Origin: an uncultured Candidatus Saccharibacteria bacterium | GTDB taxonomy: Bacteria > Patescibacteriota > Minisyncoccia > Phycocordibacterales > PALSA-1337 | Direction: 5' to 3' | Assembly: GCA_964646515.1 (NCBI GenBank) | Contig: CAZYES010000001.1 | Span: 7,582 to 71,581 of the forward strand | Length of the DNA: 64,000 bases | In this document: piece by piece, positions 48,293 to 58,241 of the stretch | How positions within the stretch are numbered: the first letter of the stretch is position 1 | How the letters are laid out: each line of letters starts with the position of its first letter | Notes under the pieces: model-generated | Told to the model about the DNA's origin: nothing | Seen by the model: the letters and a program-made list of their open reading frames with translations, nothing else | Databases searched by the model: none | Translations under genes and position numbers: made by a program

Positions 48293-49609
48293 ATGAATAA
48301 AAAGGAAAACATTATGGAGTCTATTACCTCTTTGGCCAAGAGAAGAGGTTTTATTTACCCGAGTTTTGAGATTTATGGCGGTTTGGCTGGTTTTTTCGAT
48401 TATGGTCCATATGGATTGGCCCTCAAGAATAATGTCAAGAATATCTGGTGGAAACAGTTTGTAACAGATCGTGAGGATATTTATGGTATCGATGGGGCTA
48501 TTGTCACAAAAAGAGATGTATTACAAGCCAGTGGACACGCTAGAGGATTTGCCGATATGCTCACAGAGTGTGAAAAATGCAAGCGTCGTTTTCGTCTAGA
48601 TCATCTTTCGGACAGGGTGAAATGTCCGGAGTGCGGAGGACGATTGGGCGAAGCTAGGCAGTTTTACATGATGCTTGAGACTCATATTGGCGCAGTAGAC
48701 GACGAATCTTCTCTGGCATATCTGCGTCCGGAGACTGCACAAAGTATTTTTACCAATTTTAAGAACATTATCGATTCTTTTCATCCTAAATTGCCTTTTG
48801 GCATTGCTCAGATCGGTAAGGCCTTTCGTAATGAGATTGCGCCGAGAGATTTTTTGTTTCGTATTCGAGAGATAGAACAAATGGAGGTCGAATACTTCGC
48901 AGAATCACAATCATGGCAAGAGCATTTTGCGGTATGGCAGAATGAAATAATGAAGTTTATCCATTCAGTAGGAATTGATCCAAACAAGGTCTCTCAGCTC
49001 GAGATTGCCGATGCTGACCGTGCTCATTATTCGAAACGCACCGTGGATTTTGAGTTTGATTTCCCATTTGGCAAAAAAGAACTTTACGGACTAGCGTATA
49101 GGACAGATTATGATCTTAACAATCATATGAAGGCTAGTGGCGTGGACATGTCGTACCTAGACGCAGAGACAAATAAAAAAATTATTGCACACGTGATCGA
49201 ACCGTCTCTTGGGGTCGATAGAACAATATTGGCTATTCTTTGCAGTGTATACACAGAAGATAATCTTGGCGGAGAAAAACGAATTCTTCTGAAGTTTCCA
49301 GCAAAGGTCGCACCAGTGAAAGTGGCAGTTTTTCCACTTCTTCGAAACAAACCACAATTGGTTGAAAAAGCAAGGGAAATTTACAAGATGATTAAAGGTA
49401 TTTTCCCAGCGACAGTTTTTGATGATAATGGAAATATCGGCAAACGCTACCGCCGACAAGATGAAATTGGCACCCCATTTTGTGTGACTGTCGATTTTGA
49501 GACGATTGAAAAAGGCGCAGGTGTCACTATTCGTGATCGTGATTCTGGTAGACAAGAGAGAGTGGAAGAAAAAGATCTGGTTCAATTTCTTGAACAAAAG
49601 CTTGGGTAG
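48293..49609 (+). CDS. glyS: glycyl-tRNA synthetase (alpha2 dimeric, archaeal/eukaryote-like type)
   Basis: YGGLAGFFDYGPYG, CxxC...CxxC zinc ribbon, and class II motif FRNEIAPRDFLFRIREIEQMEVEYF. Confidence 0.9.
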   Translation: MNKKENIMESITSLAKRRGFIYPSFEIYGGLAGFFDYGPYGLALKNNVKNIWWKQFVTDREDIYGIDGAIVTKRDVLQASGHARGFADMLTECEKCKRRFRLDHLSDRVKCPECGGRLGEARQFYMMLETHIGAVDDESSLAYLRPETAQSIFTNFKNIIDSFHPKLPFGIAQIGKAFRNEIAPRDFLFRIREIEQMEVEYFAESQSWQEHFAVWQNEIMKFIHSVGIDPNKVSQLEIADADRAHYSKRTVDFEFDFPFGKKELYGLAYRTDYDLNNHMKASGVDMSYLDAETNKKIIAHVIEPSLGVDRTILAILCSVYTEDNLGGEKRILLKFPAKVAPVKVAVFPLLRNKPQLVEKAREIYKMIKGIFPATVFDDNGNIGKRYRRQDEIGTPFCVTVDFETIEKGAGVTIRDRDSGRQERVEEKDLVQFLEQKLG

Positions 49610-49664
49610 TCGGTCATAGTGCATCTCATGTTCAATTTCTGGATGGTATGTTACATTTAGAAAC

Positions 49665-50936
49665 ATGAAATTTAATAGAGTAACTCTCTCAAATGGAGTA
49701 CGTGTCATTACGGTGCCAATGACTGACAATCCATCGGTGACTATTCTTGTATTAGTTGGCGCTGGTTCTAAATATGAGACTAAAGAAATAAATGGTCTTT
49801 CTCATTTTCTAGAACACATGGTTTTTAAGGGCACTACCAATAGACCAAAGACCATAGACATTTCTAGAGAATTGGACTCGATTGGTGCCCAGTACAATGC
49901 CTTTACGGGGCAAGAACTTACGGGTTATTATGCCAAATCAGATGCCCGTCATCTAGACAAGATTATCGACGTTGTCTCTGATATGTATTTGAACCCGCTT
50001 TTTGACGCCAAGGAAATAGAAAAAGAAAAAGGGGTAATTGTTGAGGAAATTCGTATGTACCAAGACCTGCCTCAGCGGCGCGTGGACAATGTACTTATGT
50101 CACTTGTTTATGGCGATCAGCCTGCTGGTTGGGATGTGGCGGGCACAGAGGATAATGTTCGCTCATTCAATCGTGAACAACTTATTGATTATCGCAGTAA
50201 ACATTATGTGAGTAGGTCAACCACGGTCGTCATTGCCGGTTCGTTTGATGAAGAAAAAACAATCGAGGCTATCGGAAAGGCTTTTTTGAAAGTGCCCAAA
50301 GCAAATGCGGGGAGTAAGTTGGCTGTAACCGAATCACAGAGCGCTCCACAGATAAAAACCGAATTTAAAGAAACTGATCAGACCCACATTGTCATTGGTC
50401 TCAGAACTTTTTCTGTATTTGATGATAGGATTCCGGCTATGCATGTGCTCTCAACTATTTTGGGGAAGGGAATGAGCTCAAGACTTTTTTCTAAAATGAG
50501 AGACGACCTTGGGATCTGTTATTACATCAAGACAGAACACAGTCCGCTCACCGATCATGGGATATTGACGATCTCCGCTGGTCTTGATAATTCTAGGGTT
50601 GAAGAGGGAGTCAGACAGATCGTCGTTGAGTGCGAAAAGATCAAGGACGAATTGGTCAATGATGTGGAGCTTAAAAAGGCCAAAGATTATATTTCTGGCA
50701 CGACAATGCTCGAATTGGAGACTTCAGAAGCACGCGCCGAGTACTGCGGTCTCCAAGAGATCTTAAAGCGCGACATCGAGACCCCAGAAGAGATTATTGC
50801 CAAGATTAACAAAGTTACTGCTGGAGATGTGCGAAAGTTAGCTAGAGAGGTTTTTGTTAATGAGGGGTTGAATATGGCGATAATTGGTAAATTGAAAAAC
50901 GGCGATGGTCTCAAAGATTGTTTTAGGTTTGGTTAA
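49665..50936 (+). CDS. M16-family zinc peptidase (insulinase-like)
   Basis: Inverted zincin motif HFLEHMVFKGT. Confidence 0.8.
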   Translation: MKFNRVTLSNGVRVITVPMTDNPSVTILVLVGAGSKYETKEINGLSHFLEHMVFKGTTNRPKTIDISRELDSIGAQYNAFTGQELTGYYAKSDARHLDKIIDVVSDMYLNPLFDAKEIEKEKGVIVEEIRMYQDLPQRRVDNVLMSLVYGDQPAGWDVAGTEDNVRSFNREQLIDYRSKHYVSRSTTVVIAGSFDEEKTIEAIGKAFLKVPKANAGSKLAVTESQSAPQIKTEFKETDQTHIVIGLRTFSVFDDRIPAMHVLSTILGKGMSSRLFSKMRDDLGICYYIKTEHSPLTDHGILTISAGLDNSRVEEGVRQIVVECEKIKDELVNDVELKKAKDYISGTTMLELETSEARAEYCGLQEILKRDIETPEEIIAKINKVTAGDVRKLAREVFVNEGLNMAIIGKLKNGDGLKDCFRFG

Positions 50937-50989
50937 TGACAAGTCATGATTTTGTTGTGCATCGCTAATAATAGCGGTATACTTTTGTC

Positions 50990-52087
50990 ATGAATGAGTC
51001 AAAAAACACCCATGTAGTAGTCAATACGGGTACTCTCATACGTTTTTTTCTCATTACAGTTTTGCTTTTGGTGTTGTACTACATCTCTGATGTCATCCTA
51101 GTGATTGTCGCTGCCATAGTCATCGCTTCGGCCATTGAACCCTTGATACGCAGATTGAAGAGGCGAAAGATACATCGGATTGTTAGCGTCATAGTCATAT
51201 ATGTACTTCTGGCACTTGCCCTTGCAGGGATTCTAATATTTTTCTTACCATTGGTCGTAAATGATATGGTGACTTTTCTTAATGGTCTACCGCATACGAT
51301 TTCACTGGGCAATCTCTGGAGTCCCTTATCTTCTGTTGGCGGTGACACTGTAGCCACTTCCCAGTCATTGTCAGGGAATACAATCTCCATATATGATTTT
51401 GTTGATGAGCTCAAATCTCTCATTGCTGGTACTAGTGCCGAAGTCTTCAAGACAGCTAGTGTGCTCTTTGGTGGTGTTCTTAGCTTTCTTCTGATTGTGA
51501 TTCTCTCATTTTATTTGGCGGTTCAAGAAGACGGAGTCGGTGATTTTTTACGCATTGTGGCTCCAGTCAAGCATCATGACTATGTTGTCGATCTTTGGGC
51601 TCGTTCTCAGCGTAAGATGGCCCTGTGGTTGCAAGGTCAGATTGTTTTGGGAATAATTGTGGGTATTTTGGTCTACATTGTCTTGTTGATTGTTGGTATC
51701 CCTCACGCGCTTTTGCTTGCTGTGCTTGCCGGTCTGTTCGAGATCATACCTGTTTTTGGACCAATCATTTCAGCTATTCCGGCAGTTGCTACGGCTTTTG
51801 CAGAACGTGGCCTAGGTATAGGTCTTTTGTTGGTTGGTCTGTATATTGTCATACAGCAACTCGAGGGTCAGCTTTTTTATCCTTTGGTAGTAAAGAAAGT
51901 TGTCGGCATTTCTCCTATTGTAGTTATCCTTGCTCTTGTTATTGGTGCCAAGCTCGCCGGTGTCTTGGGGGCATTGATTGCTGTACCGCTGTCGGCTGCT
52001 TTGATGGAGTATATTCATGATATTGAAAAGTATAAAAATGCAGAAAGAGCCGAGAGGGCCGTGATCAATAAGAAAACAAATGCATAA
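50990..52087 (+). CDS. AI-2E family transporter (PerM/UPF0118)
   Basis: Polytopic membrane protein of AI-2E-family size and topology. Confidence 0.5.
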   Translation: MNESKNTHVVVNTGTLIRFFLITVLLLVLYYISDVILVIVAAIVIASAIEPLIRRLKRRKIHRIVSVIVIYVLLALALAGILIFFLPLVVNDMVTFLNGLPHTISLGNLWSPLSSVGGDTVATSQSLSGNTISIYDFVDELKSLIAGTSAEVFKTASVLFGGVLSFLLIVILSFYLAVQEDGVGDFLRIVAPVKHHDYVVDLWARSQRKMALWLQGQIVLGIIVGILVYIVLLIVGIPHALLLAVLAGLFEIIPVFGPIISAIPAVATAFAERGLGIGLLLVGLYIVIQQLEGQLFYPLVVKKVVGISPIVVILALVIGAKLAGVLGALIAVPLSAALMEYIHDIEKYKNAERAERAVINKKTNA

Positions 52088-53552
52088 TACATCTAGATCA
52101 TTTTATATAACGACGACTTTGCCGTATGTCAATGCCGATCCTCATATTGGTTATGCCATGGAGCTTATTCGAGCCGATGTCATAGCTAGAGCAAAGAGGC
52201 TGGCTGGTTTTGAAGTATTTTTCAATATGGGTACCGATGAGCATGGCGTGAAAGTCTATCGTAAAGCCAAAGAGCAGGGCATTGATCCGCAAAAGTACGT
52301 GGATATTCTCGCAGAAAAATACAAACAACTTATTTCTGCCCTCAATATCATGAAAGAGGTCTGTTTTATTCGCACGACAGACCCACGTCATATGAAAGCG
52401 GCGCAAGAATTTTGGAGAGTCGTGAACAAGAACGGGTTGATTTACAAAAAAAATTATTCGGTCAAATATTGCGTGGGCTGTGAATTGGAAAAGACAGAGT
52501 CGGAACTTGTAGATGGCAAGTGCCCTCTGCATCCACTTACGGAATTGGACATTATTGAAGAAGAGAATTACTTTTTTAGGTTTAGTATTTTCCAGAGACA
52601 ACTTATGGAGCTGTATGAAAAAGACATTTTTGTTATTCCAAATTCACGGTTAAATGAAATACGCGCTTTTGTCGAACGGGGCATTGAAGATTTTAGTATA
52701 TCTAGATTGGCCAGCAAAATGCCCTGGGGCGTGCCAGTACCAGATGATGATGAGCATGTCATGTATGTGTGGTTTGACGCTTTGGTTAATTACATTTCTG
52801 TTATTGGTTGGCCAGATAGGGTAGACGATTTCAAGAAATGGTGGATCGATAGTGGCGGTGTTGTGCAATACTGTGGCAAAGATAATCTGCGTCAACAATC
52901 GGCTATGTGGCAGGCCATGCTCATGGCCGCAAAAATACCACCTTCGAAAGCCATTGTTATCAATGGATTTATCACTGGCGATGGTGGAGTTAAGATGTCC
53001 AAATCTCTGGGCAATACTGTTGACCCCTTTGCAATCATAAAGGAGTATGGCACTGACGCTTTGCGTTACTACGTCATACGTGAATTGAGTCCGCATGAAG
53101 ATAGTCCATTTACCATGGAGAAATTCAAAGAGGCTTATAATGCCCATCTGGCCAATGGTCTCGGCAACTTGGTTTCGAGAGTGATGAAGATGTCAGAGGC
53201 TAACTCGGTTAAATTCGACACGCAAATTTTTGATAGTCTTTCCGAATTTGCAGAAGTAAAAACCATGCGCAAAAAATATGATGAAGGCTTGGACAAGTAT
53301 GATCTGGCGCAATCTGCCAATGCTGTCTGGGAGTTTATTGCCAATACGGATAAGATTGTCCAGGAACGCGCGCCGTTCAAGAAAATAAAGACAGATAAAA
53401 TTGGGGCAGAGAGTGATATAAAAGAGCTATTGGCTAGGCTAAAATTGGTCGGTCTCATGCTCGCTCCTATATTGCCAGAAACTAGCACAAATATTATCAA
53501 TCTTGTCGAAAACAATAAGATGCCTGAAACGCCGTTGTTTATTAGAAAATAA
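52080..53552 (+). CDS. metG: methionyl-tRNA synthetase (short form)
   Basis: PYVNADPHIGYA, zinc knuckle CVGCELEK...CPLH, KMSKS as VKMSKSLGN. Confidence 0.9.
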   Translation: MHNTSRSFYITTTLPYVNADPHIGYAMELIRADVIARAKRLAGFEVFFNMGTDEHGVKVYRKAKEQGIDPQKYVDILAEKYKQLISALNIMKEVCFIRTTDPRHMKAAQEFWRVVNKNGLIYKKNYSVKYCVGCELEKTESELVDGKCPLHPLTELDIIEEENYFFRFSIFQRQLMELYEKDIFVIPNSRLNEIRAFVERGIEDFSISRLASKMPWGVPVPDDDEHVMYVWFDALVNYISVIGWPDRVDDFKKWWIDSGGVVQYCGKDNLRQQSAMWQAMLMAAKIPPSKAIVINGFITGDGGVKMSKSLGNTVDPFAIIKEYGTDALRYYVIRELSPHEDSPFTMEKFKEAYNAHLANGLGNLVSRVMKMSEANSVKFDTQIFDSLSEFAEVKTMRKKYDEGLDKYDLAQSANAVWEFIANTDKIVQERAPFKKIKTDKIGAESDIKELLARLKLVGLMLAPILPETSTNIINLVENNKMPETPLFIRK

Positions 53553-53588
53553 TTTTTTGTTCGCCAATATTCCTCTGATTATTTTTTA

Positions 53589-54434
53589 TTGCAGGAGAAC
53601 GTTATGAAATACGTAGATATACACGGTCATGTAAATTTTGCCACCTATGATGAAGACCGAGAGGCGGTTATTAATCGGGCGCAGGAAGCGGGGGTTGGGA
53701 TTGTCAGTGTTGGCGTGGATCTTCAATCATCAAAAAAGGCGCTTGAATTGGCCGAATCTCACCCAAACATGTGGGCTGTTGTGGGTATGCACCCGACCAA
53801 TGTCGCCGAATTTTCCAATAAAATTGGTAAAGACGATTTAAAATGCAGGGAGGCTAACTTAATGCAGGTTTTTGATTATGATGAATTCAAAAAGTTGGCA
53901 TTTCATCCAAAAGTTATTGCTATCGGCGAGTGCGGGCTCGATTACTTTCATTCCAAGACAGGAGATATGGATGGAGAAAGGGAAGTTTTTATCGAGCATA
54001 TAAATCTGGCCAACGAGGTCAACAAACCACTTATGCTACATGTAAGAAATGGTTCCACAGGATCCGCCTATCAAGAAACAATCGCTATTTTGAAGAGATA
54101 TGCAAAAGTGCGAGCGAATTTTCATTTTTTTGCCGGTACGCTCGAAGACATGAAGAGTGCTCTTGAAATCGATGCCATGTTTTCTTTTACGGGAGTAGTT
54201 ACTTTTGCTAGGAGTTATGATGAGCTAGTGAGGGCCTTGCCGGCCGATCGTATCATGTCGGAGACGGATTGTCCCTATGTGGCGCCTGTGCCATATCGTG
54301 GCCGTAGAAACGAGCCAACCTATGTCGTCGAAGTGGTCAAAGCGATTGCAGAGATCAGGGGAGAAAGATTCGAAGCATTAAGTGAGCAGTTATTGCAAAA
54401 CGCGCGTGATTTTTTTACTTGCATATCTCATTGA
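53589..54434 (+). CDS. tatD: TatD-family metal-dependent DNase/hydrolase
   Basis: IHGHVNF, ECGLDY and SETDCPY motifs. The start is probably the ATG at 53604. Confidence 0.85.
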   Translation: MQENVMKYVDIHGHVNFATYDEDREAVINRAQEAGVGIVSVGVDLQSSKKALELAESHPNMWAVVGMHPTNVAEFSNKIGKDDLKCREANLMQVFDYDEFKKLAFHPKVIAIGECGLDYFHSKTGDMDGEREVFIEHINLANEVNKPLMLHVRNGSTGSAYQETIAILKRYAKVRANFHFFAGTLEDMKSALEIDAMFSFTGVVTFARSYDELVRALPADRIMSETDCPYVAPVPYRGRRNEPTYVVEVVKAIAEIRGERFEALSEQLLQNARDFFTCISH

Positions 54435-54599
54435 GGAGCGTATAATTGTTGCGTGGATTAGAAATTTGCCTGCCCACCACAATATCTTTAACTAATATTC
54501 GTACTCTTGCGTGAACGTTATTATTGTGTTAGCCTCATTACACATTATAAGTAATCGTAACTAGTTCCTCGGTTTGCCCGTCCCATTGAGCGTTACTCT

Positions 54600-55166
54600 A
54601 TGAGAATGGTAGACAAGGATCTCGCTGTCAATCATCCGAAGCGAGCCACTGGTTGCAAACAAACTATGGAAGAAAATATTCATGATGGACATTTGACAAC
54701 TTACGAAGTAGGGTATCTTTTGTCTATTGCTATTACCGAAGAGCATATTTTAGCCGAGGTTGATAAGATAAGAGAGATAATCACACTGGCTGGTGCCTCG
54801 ATCGTTACTGAAGGAGCGCCTCATCGTCAGGAGCTCTCTTATACCATGAGGATCAAAACAGTCTCTGGTTCCTATCAAAAATTCGATGAGGCATATTTCG
54901 GCTGGATCAAGTTCGAACTTGAATCTAGCAAGGTGGAGCTGGTCAAAAAGTCGATTGAAGATTTACCCTCGATCATTCGCATATTACTCGTCACCACTGT
55001 CAAAGAAAATACTTATTTGGGCAAGTCCGCCCCAGCTATCTCTACAGGTTTTGTCTCGAAACGCGCCACGATAGAAGGGCCAGTCAACATAGAAAAGAAA
55101 GATGTTACTCTGGCGACTCTAGAAGAAATGGACAAGAGTATCGATGAAATGGTTAAGGAGGCATAG
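54600..55166 (+). CDS. rpsF: 30S ribosomal protein S6 (with C-terminal extension)
   Basis: YEVGYLLSI...QELSYTMRIKTV bS6 core. The start may be the ATG at ~54663. Conserved rpsF-ssb-rpsR order. Confidence 0.75.
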   Translation: MRMVDKDLAVNHPKRATGCKQTMEENIHDGHLTTYEVGYLLSIAITEEHILAEVDKIREIITLAGASIVTEGAPHRQELSYTMRIKTVSGSYQKFDEAYFGWIKFELESSKVELVKKSIEDLPSIIRILLVTTVKENTYLGKSAPAISTGFVSKRATIEGPVNIEKKDVTLATLEEMDKSIDEMVKEA

Positions 55167-55234
55167 TTACGCTATGTATATTCTAGGACCGATGTCCTAG
55201 AACAAAAATAAAACTATTAATTAACCATAAAAAC

Positions 55235-55741
55235 ATGTACCTAAACAAAACGTTTATTATAGGGAATTTAACAAGGGATCCAGAGATTAGAATGTTGCCG
55301 TCAGGTATCAAAGTCTGTAGTTTTGGCGTTGCCATCAATCGTTTCTTTAAAGATAAAGATGGCATGAAGCAAGAAGCTACCGATTTTGAGAATGTCACGG
55401 CCTTTGGTAAGATAGGCGAACTCGCTGGTCAGTATCTCAAAAAAGGACAACAAGTTCTCGTTGAGGGCCGTTTGCAGACCAGATCTTGGGAATCAAATGG
55501 CGAAAAAAAGTATCGTACAGAAATTATCGCCGATAATATCCAATTTGGCCCCAAGGCCAGTGGTAATTATCAGAAATCTGCAAATACGGTCGGTACATCT
55601 TCTGAAACTCCTGGTCTACAGTCGCAGACCGAGCCACAGAGTGGAGAAGTGGGTGGGGAGTTGACTGGTGGAGCGGTAGAGAAAGATAATAAGATCGAAT
55701 ATCCGAGCGAAGAGATCAATCCGGATGATATTCCATTTTAA
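55235..55741 (+). CDS. ssb: single-stranded DNA-binding protein
   Basis: NKTFIIGNLTRDPE OB-fold, an acidic C-terminal tail ending DDIPF. Confidence 0.9.
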   Translation: MYLNKTFIIGNLTRDPEIRMLPSGIKVCSFGVAINRFFKDKDGMKQEATDFENVTAFGKIGELAGQYLKKGQQVLVEGRLQTRSWESNGEKKYRTEIIADNIQFGPKASGNYQKSANTVGTSSETPGLQSQTEPQSGEVGGELTGGAVEKDNKIEYPSEEINPDDIPF

Positions 55742-55783
55742 CGATTAATCACGAAGTTTATAATTCACTGATTTGTATTAAAT

Positions 55784-55990
55784 ATGATGAAAAAACAATG
55801 TTATTTTAACCAGCATAATATCAAGTATATCGATTACAAAGATACGGAGATCTTAAAAAAGTTTCTCAATCCACACGGTCGTATTTTGAGTCGCAAACGC
55901 ACGGGTATATCGGCAAAATATCAGCGCCAGCTTGGTGTTGCTGTCAAAAGAGCAAGATTCATGGGACTTTTGCCGTATGTCGCTAGATAA
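55784..55990 (+). CDS. rpsR: 30S ribosomal protein S18
   Basis: YIDYKD...[14 protein letters not shown] bS18 signature. Confidence 0.9.
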   Translation: MMKKQCYFNQHNIKYIDYKDTEILKKFLNPHGRILSRKRTGISAKYQRQLGVAVKRARFMGLLPYVAR

Positions 55991-55995
55991 TCTGG

Positions 55996-56034
55996 CCTAA
56001 GAGTGAAAAAAGAAAGCGGATTTTTTTACCCGCT
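55996..56034. terminator. bidirectional rho-independent terminator between convergent rpsR and efp
   Basis: AAAAA-GAAAGCGG-atttttttac-CCGCTTTC-TTTT. Confidence 0.75.
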
Positions 56035-56046
56035 TTCTTTTGTTCA

Positions 56047-56616
56047 TTATTTGACTCTCTCACGGTATTCTCCAGTTTCAGTGTTGATACGGATGGTGTC
56101 TCCTTGGTTGACGAATAGGGGAACGTTGATAGTCGCGCCAGTCTCGAGAGTAATATTCTTTTGACCACCTGTGGCGGTGTCGCCCTTGACGTTAGGTGGT
56201 GCCTCGGTGACTTTCAGTTCTGCGATAATTGGCATTCTGAAACCTATTGGCTGATCTTTGAATAGGTACTGAGTGACAATAGTATTTGGTTTTAGGAATC
56301 TCCCCTGAGGTCCAACAATCTCTTCGCTTACTTTGAAACGATTGGCCGGATTTTCTGGATCAGAGAACCACCATTCGCCACGGTTATTATAAAGATACTT
56401 CATCTCCCTTTCTTCTATTTCGGCCTCTTCTACTTTTTCAGATTGATGGAATGAATATTCTGTGACTTTACCAGTCATGAGGTTTTTGAGTTTGGTGGCA
56501 TTTACCGGTTTCCTCTGTTGTTTGCGGAAAACGTGAGATGAGATGACCTCGAAAGGTTGACCATCGAGGACTATGTATTTTTTCTCGGTGATTTCGTTAT
56601 ATTCCAAAAGAGACAT
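56047..56616 (-). CDS. efp: elongation factor P (non-canonical loop lacking the KPGKG lysine)
   Basis: Aligns full-length with EF-P. The region aligned to E. coli KPGK34GQ reads RKQQRK. Confidence 0.85.
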   Translation of the reverse strand: MSLLEYNEITEKKYIVLDGQPFEVISSHVFRKQQRKPVNATKLKNLMTGKVTEYSFHQSEKVEEAEIEEREMKYLYNNRGEWWFSDPENPANRFKVSEEIVGPQGRFLKPNTIVTQYLFKDQPIGFRMPIIAELKVTEAPPNVKGDTATGGQKNITLETGATINVPLFVNQGDTIRINTETGEYRERVK

Positions 56617-56700
56617 GGCGTTGGATGTTAGATTACTGGATAATTCAAATGTTAAATTGGCCCATGTGGCCTTGTAACTTGGTGATATTTCTTTGTTGTT

Positions 56701-57801
56701 CTACTGTTCGTTAAGTCTGATGCGAATTTGTTTCAAGATCTCATCGCGTACCTTAGCATTTTCTTTGAGAAATTGTCTAGTGGCATCATAACCGCGTCCG
56801 AGTTTTGTCTCGCCGAATGAATACGAAGAACCGGATTTTTGTAATATAGAGTATTTCTCGCCCAAGGCAATGATTTCTCCTTCTTGTGATATGCCTTCAT
56901 TGTACATCAGGTCAAATTCCGTCTGTTTGAATGGCGCTGCGACCTTGTTTTTGACTACTTTGACACGCACTCGACCACCCATGATCTCTTCACCTTTTTT
57001 TATCTGAGCGATACGGCGAATGTCGAGACGTACTGAAGCATAGAATTTCAAGGCTTTGCCACCTGGTGTTGTTTCTGGATTGCCGAACATTACACCGATT
57101 TGCATACGGATCTGGTTGATGAAGATGACGATAGTTTTTGACCTGGCGACAATAGCGGTCAATTTGCGCAGGGCCTGTGACATCAGTCGCGCTTGTGTGC
57201 CTACATGATGTGCTCCCATATCTCCCTCGATTTCTGCCTTGGGTGTCAGCGCTGCGACCGAATCGATAACTACTACATCCATTTTGTTGGTGCGAATCAG
57301 GCTGTCTACGATCTCTAGCGCCTGTTCACCAGTGTCTGGTTGGGAAATGAGCAACTCGTCGATCTTTACGCCAAGACGTTTGGCATATTCTGGGTCCATG
57401 GCATGTTCAGCATCTATGTATGCGCAAATGCCATTACGTTTTTGTGCTTCGGCCACGATATGTAAGGCCAATGTGGTTTTGCCAGACGATTCTGGGCCGA
57501 AGATCTCGATAATACGTCCACGGGGGACTCCTCCTATTCCTAGTGCCCAATCGAGTCCGAGTGAACCAGTTGGTATAGCATTCACATTGACTCTGGGCTT
57601 TTCTCCGAGCTTCATTATCGAGTCTTCTCCGAATTTTGTACGGATAGTATCTAGGGCGTCACGGATGCTATCGGATGATTTCTTTTTTTCGTCTTCTTTT
57701 TTCGTATGTGGTTTTGTTTCTGTTACGCCATATTCTTCTTTTTGCGGTAGGTCCTGTTCTACTTTGGCCTCGTTTTTGTCTTTAGTTTTTTTAATAGACA
57801 T
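56701..57801 (-). CDS. recA: recombinase RecA
   Basis: [13 protein letters not shown] Walker A and the RecA core, with a ~40-aa Lys/Glu-rich N-terminal extension. Confidence 0.95.
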   Translation of the reverse strand: MSIKKTKDKNEAKVEQDLPQKEEYGVTETKPHTKKEDEKKKSSDSIRDALDTIRTKFGEDSIMKLGEKPRVNVNAIPTGSLGLDWALGIGGVPRGRIIEIFGPESSGKTTLALHIVAEAQKRNGICAYIDAEHAMDPEYAKRLGVKIDELLISQPDTGEQALEIVDSLIRTNKMDVVVIDSVAALTPKAEIEGDMGAHHVGTQARLMSQALRKLTAIVARSKTIVIFINQIRMQIGVMFGNPETTPGGKALKFYASVRLDIRRIAQIKKGEEIMGGRVRVKVVKNKVAAPFKQTEFDLMYNEGISQEGEIIALGEKYSILQKSGSSYSFGETKLGRGYDATRQFLKENAKVRDEILKQIRIRLNEQ

Positions 57802-57862
57802 GTTTATTAATTCAATAAATTATTTTGATAATATGCAGGTGTGTCGGTATGATACCACAAAT

Positions 57863-58222
57863 CTATAATGTGCCAACGAGATCGAGCTCCTCACTTACAC
57901 TTCGTCCAAATTGATCATCTGCTTCGAATGTCAAAACATTCAAACCGGGCAGGACAATGATGACTTCGCTGAAATTTCCAAGTTCGTCTACTGATATAGC
58001 TTTCCCATTCATGGAGAGATTTTTTACTCTTTCGGCTTGACCACGGATAGTGATGATAGGGGATGATGTGCCTGTACCATTGGCTGGTTCATATATTTTG
58101 ATACTCGGTCCTTTGACATAATTGATTGAACGCCAAACTGCGTAGGTTACAATGAAACCAACGAGGAGTATTATACCTACCAGTCTTATAAATCTGATGG
58201 CCGTAGTTCGAGTCAGGGACAT
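57863..58222 (-). CDS. hypothetical single-pass membrane protein
   Basis: N-terminal TM (AIRFIRLVGIILLVGFIV) and a small extracytoplasmic domain, lying between ftsK and recA. Confidence 0.4.
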   Translation of the reverse strand: MSLTRTTAIRFIRLVGIILLVGFIVTYAVWRSINYVKGPSIKIYEPANGTGTSSPIITIRGQAERVKNLSMNGKAISVDELGNFSEVIIVLPGLNVLTFEADDQFGRSVSEELDLVGTL

Positions 58223-58241
58223 GATTGATAGAAATTACAAA

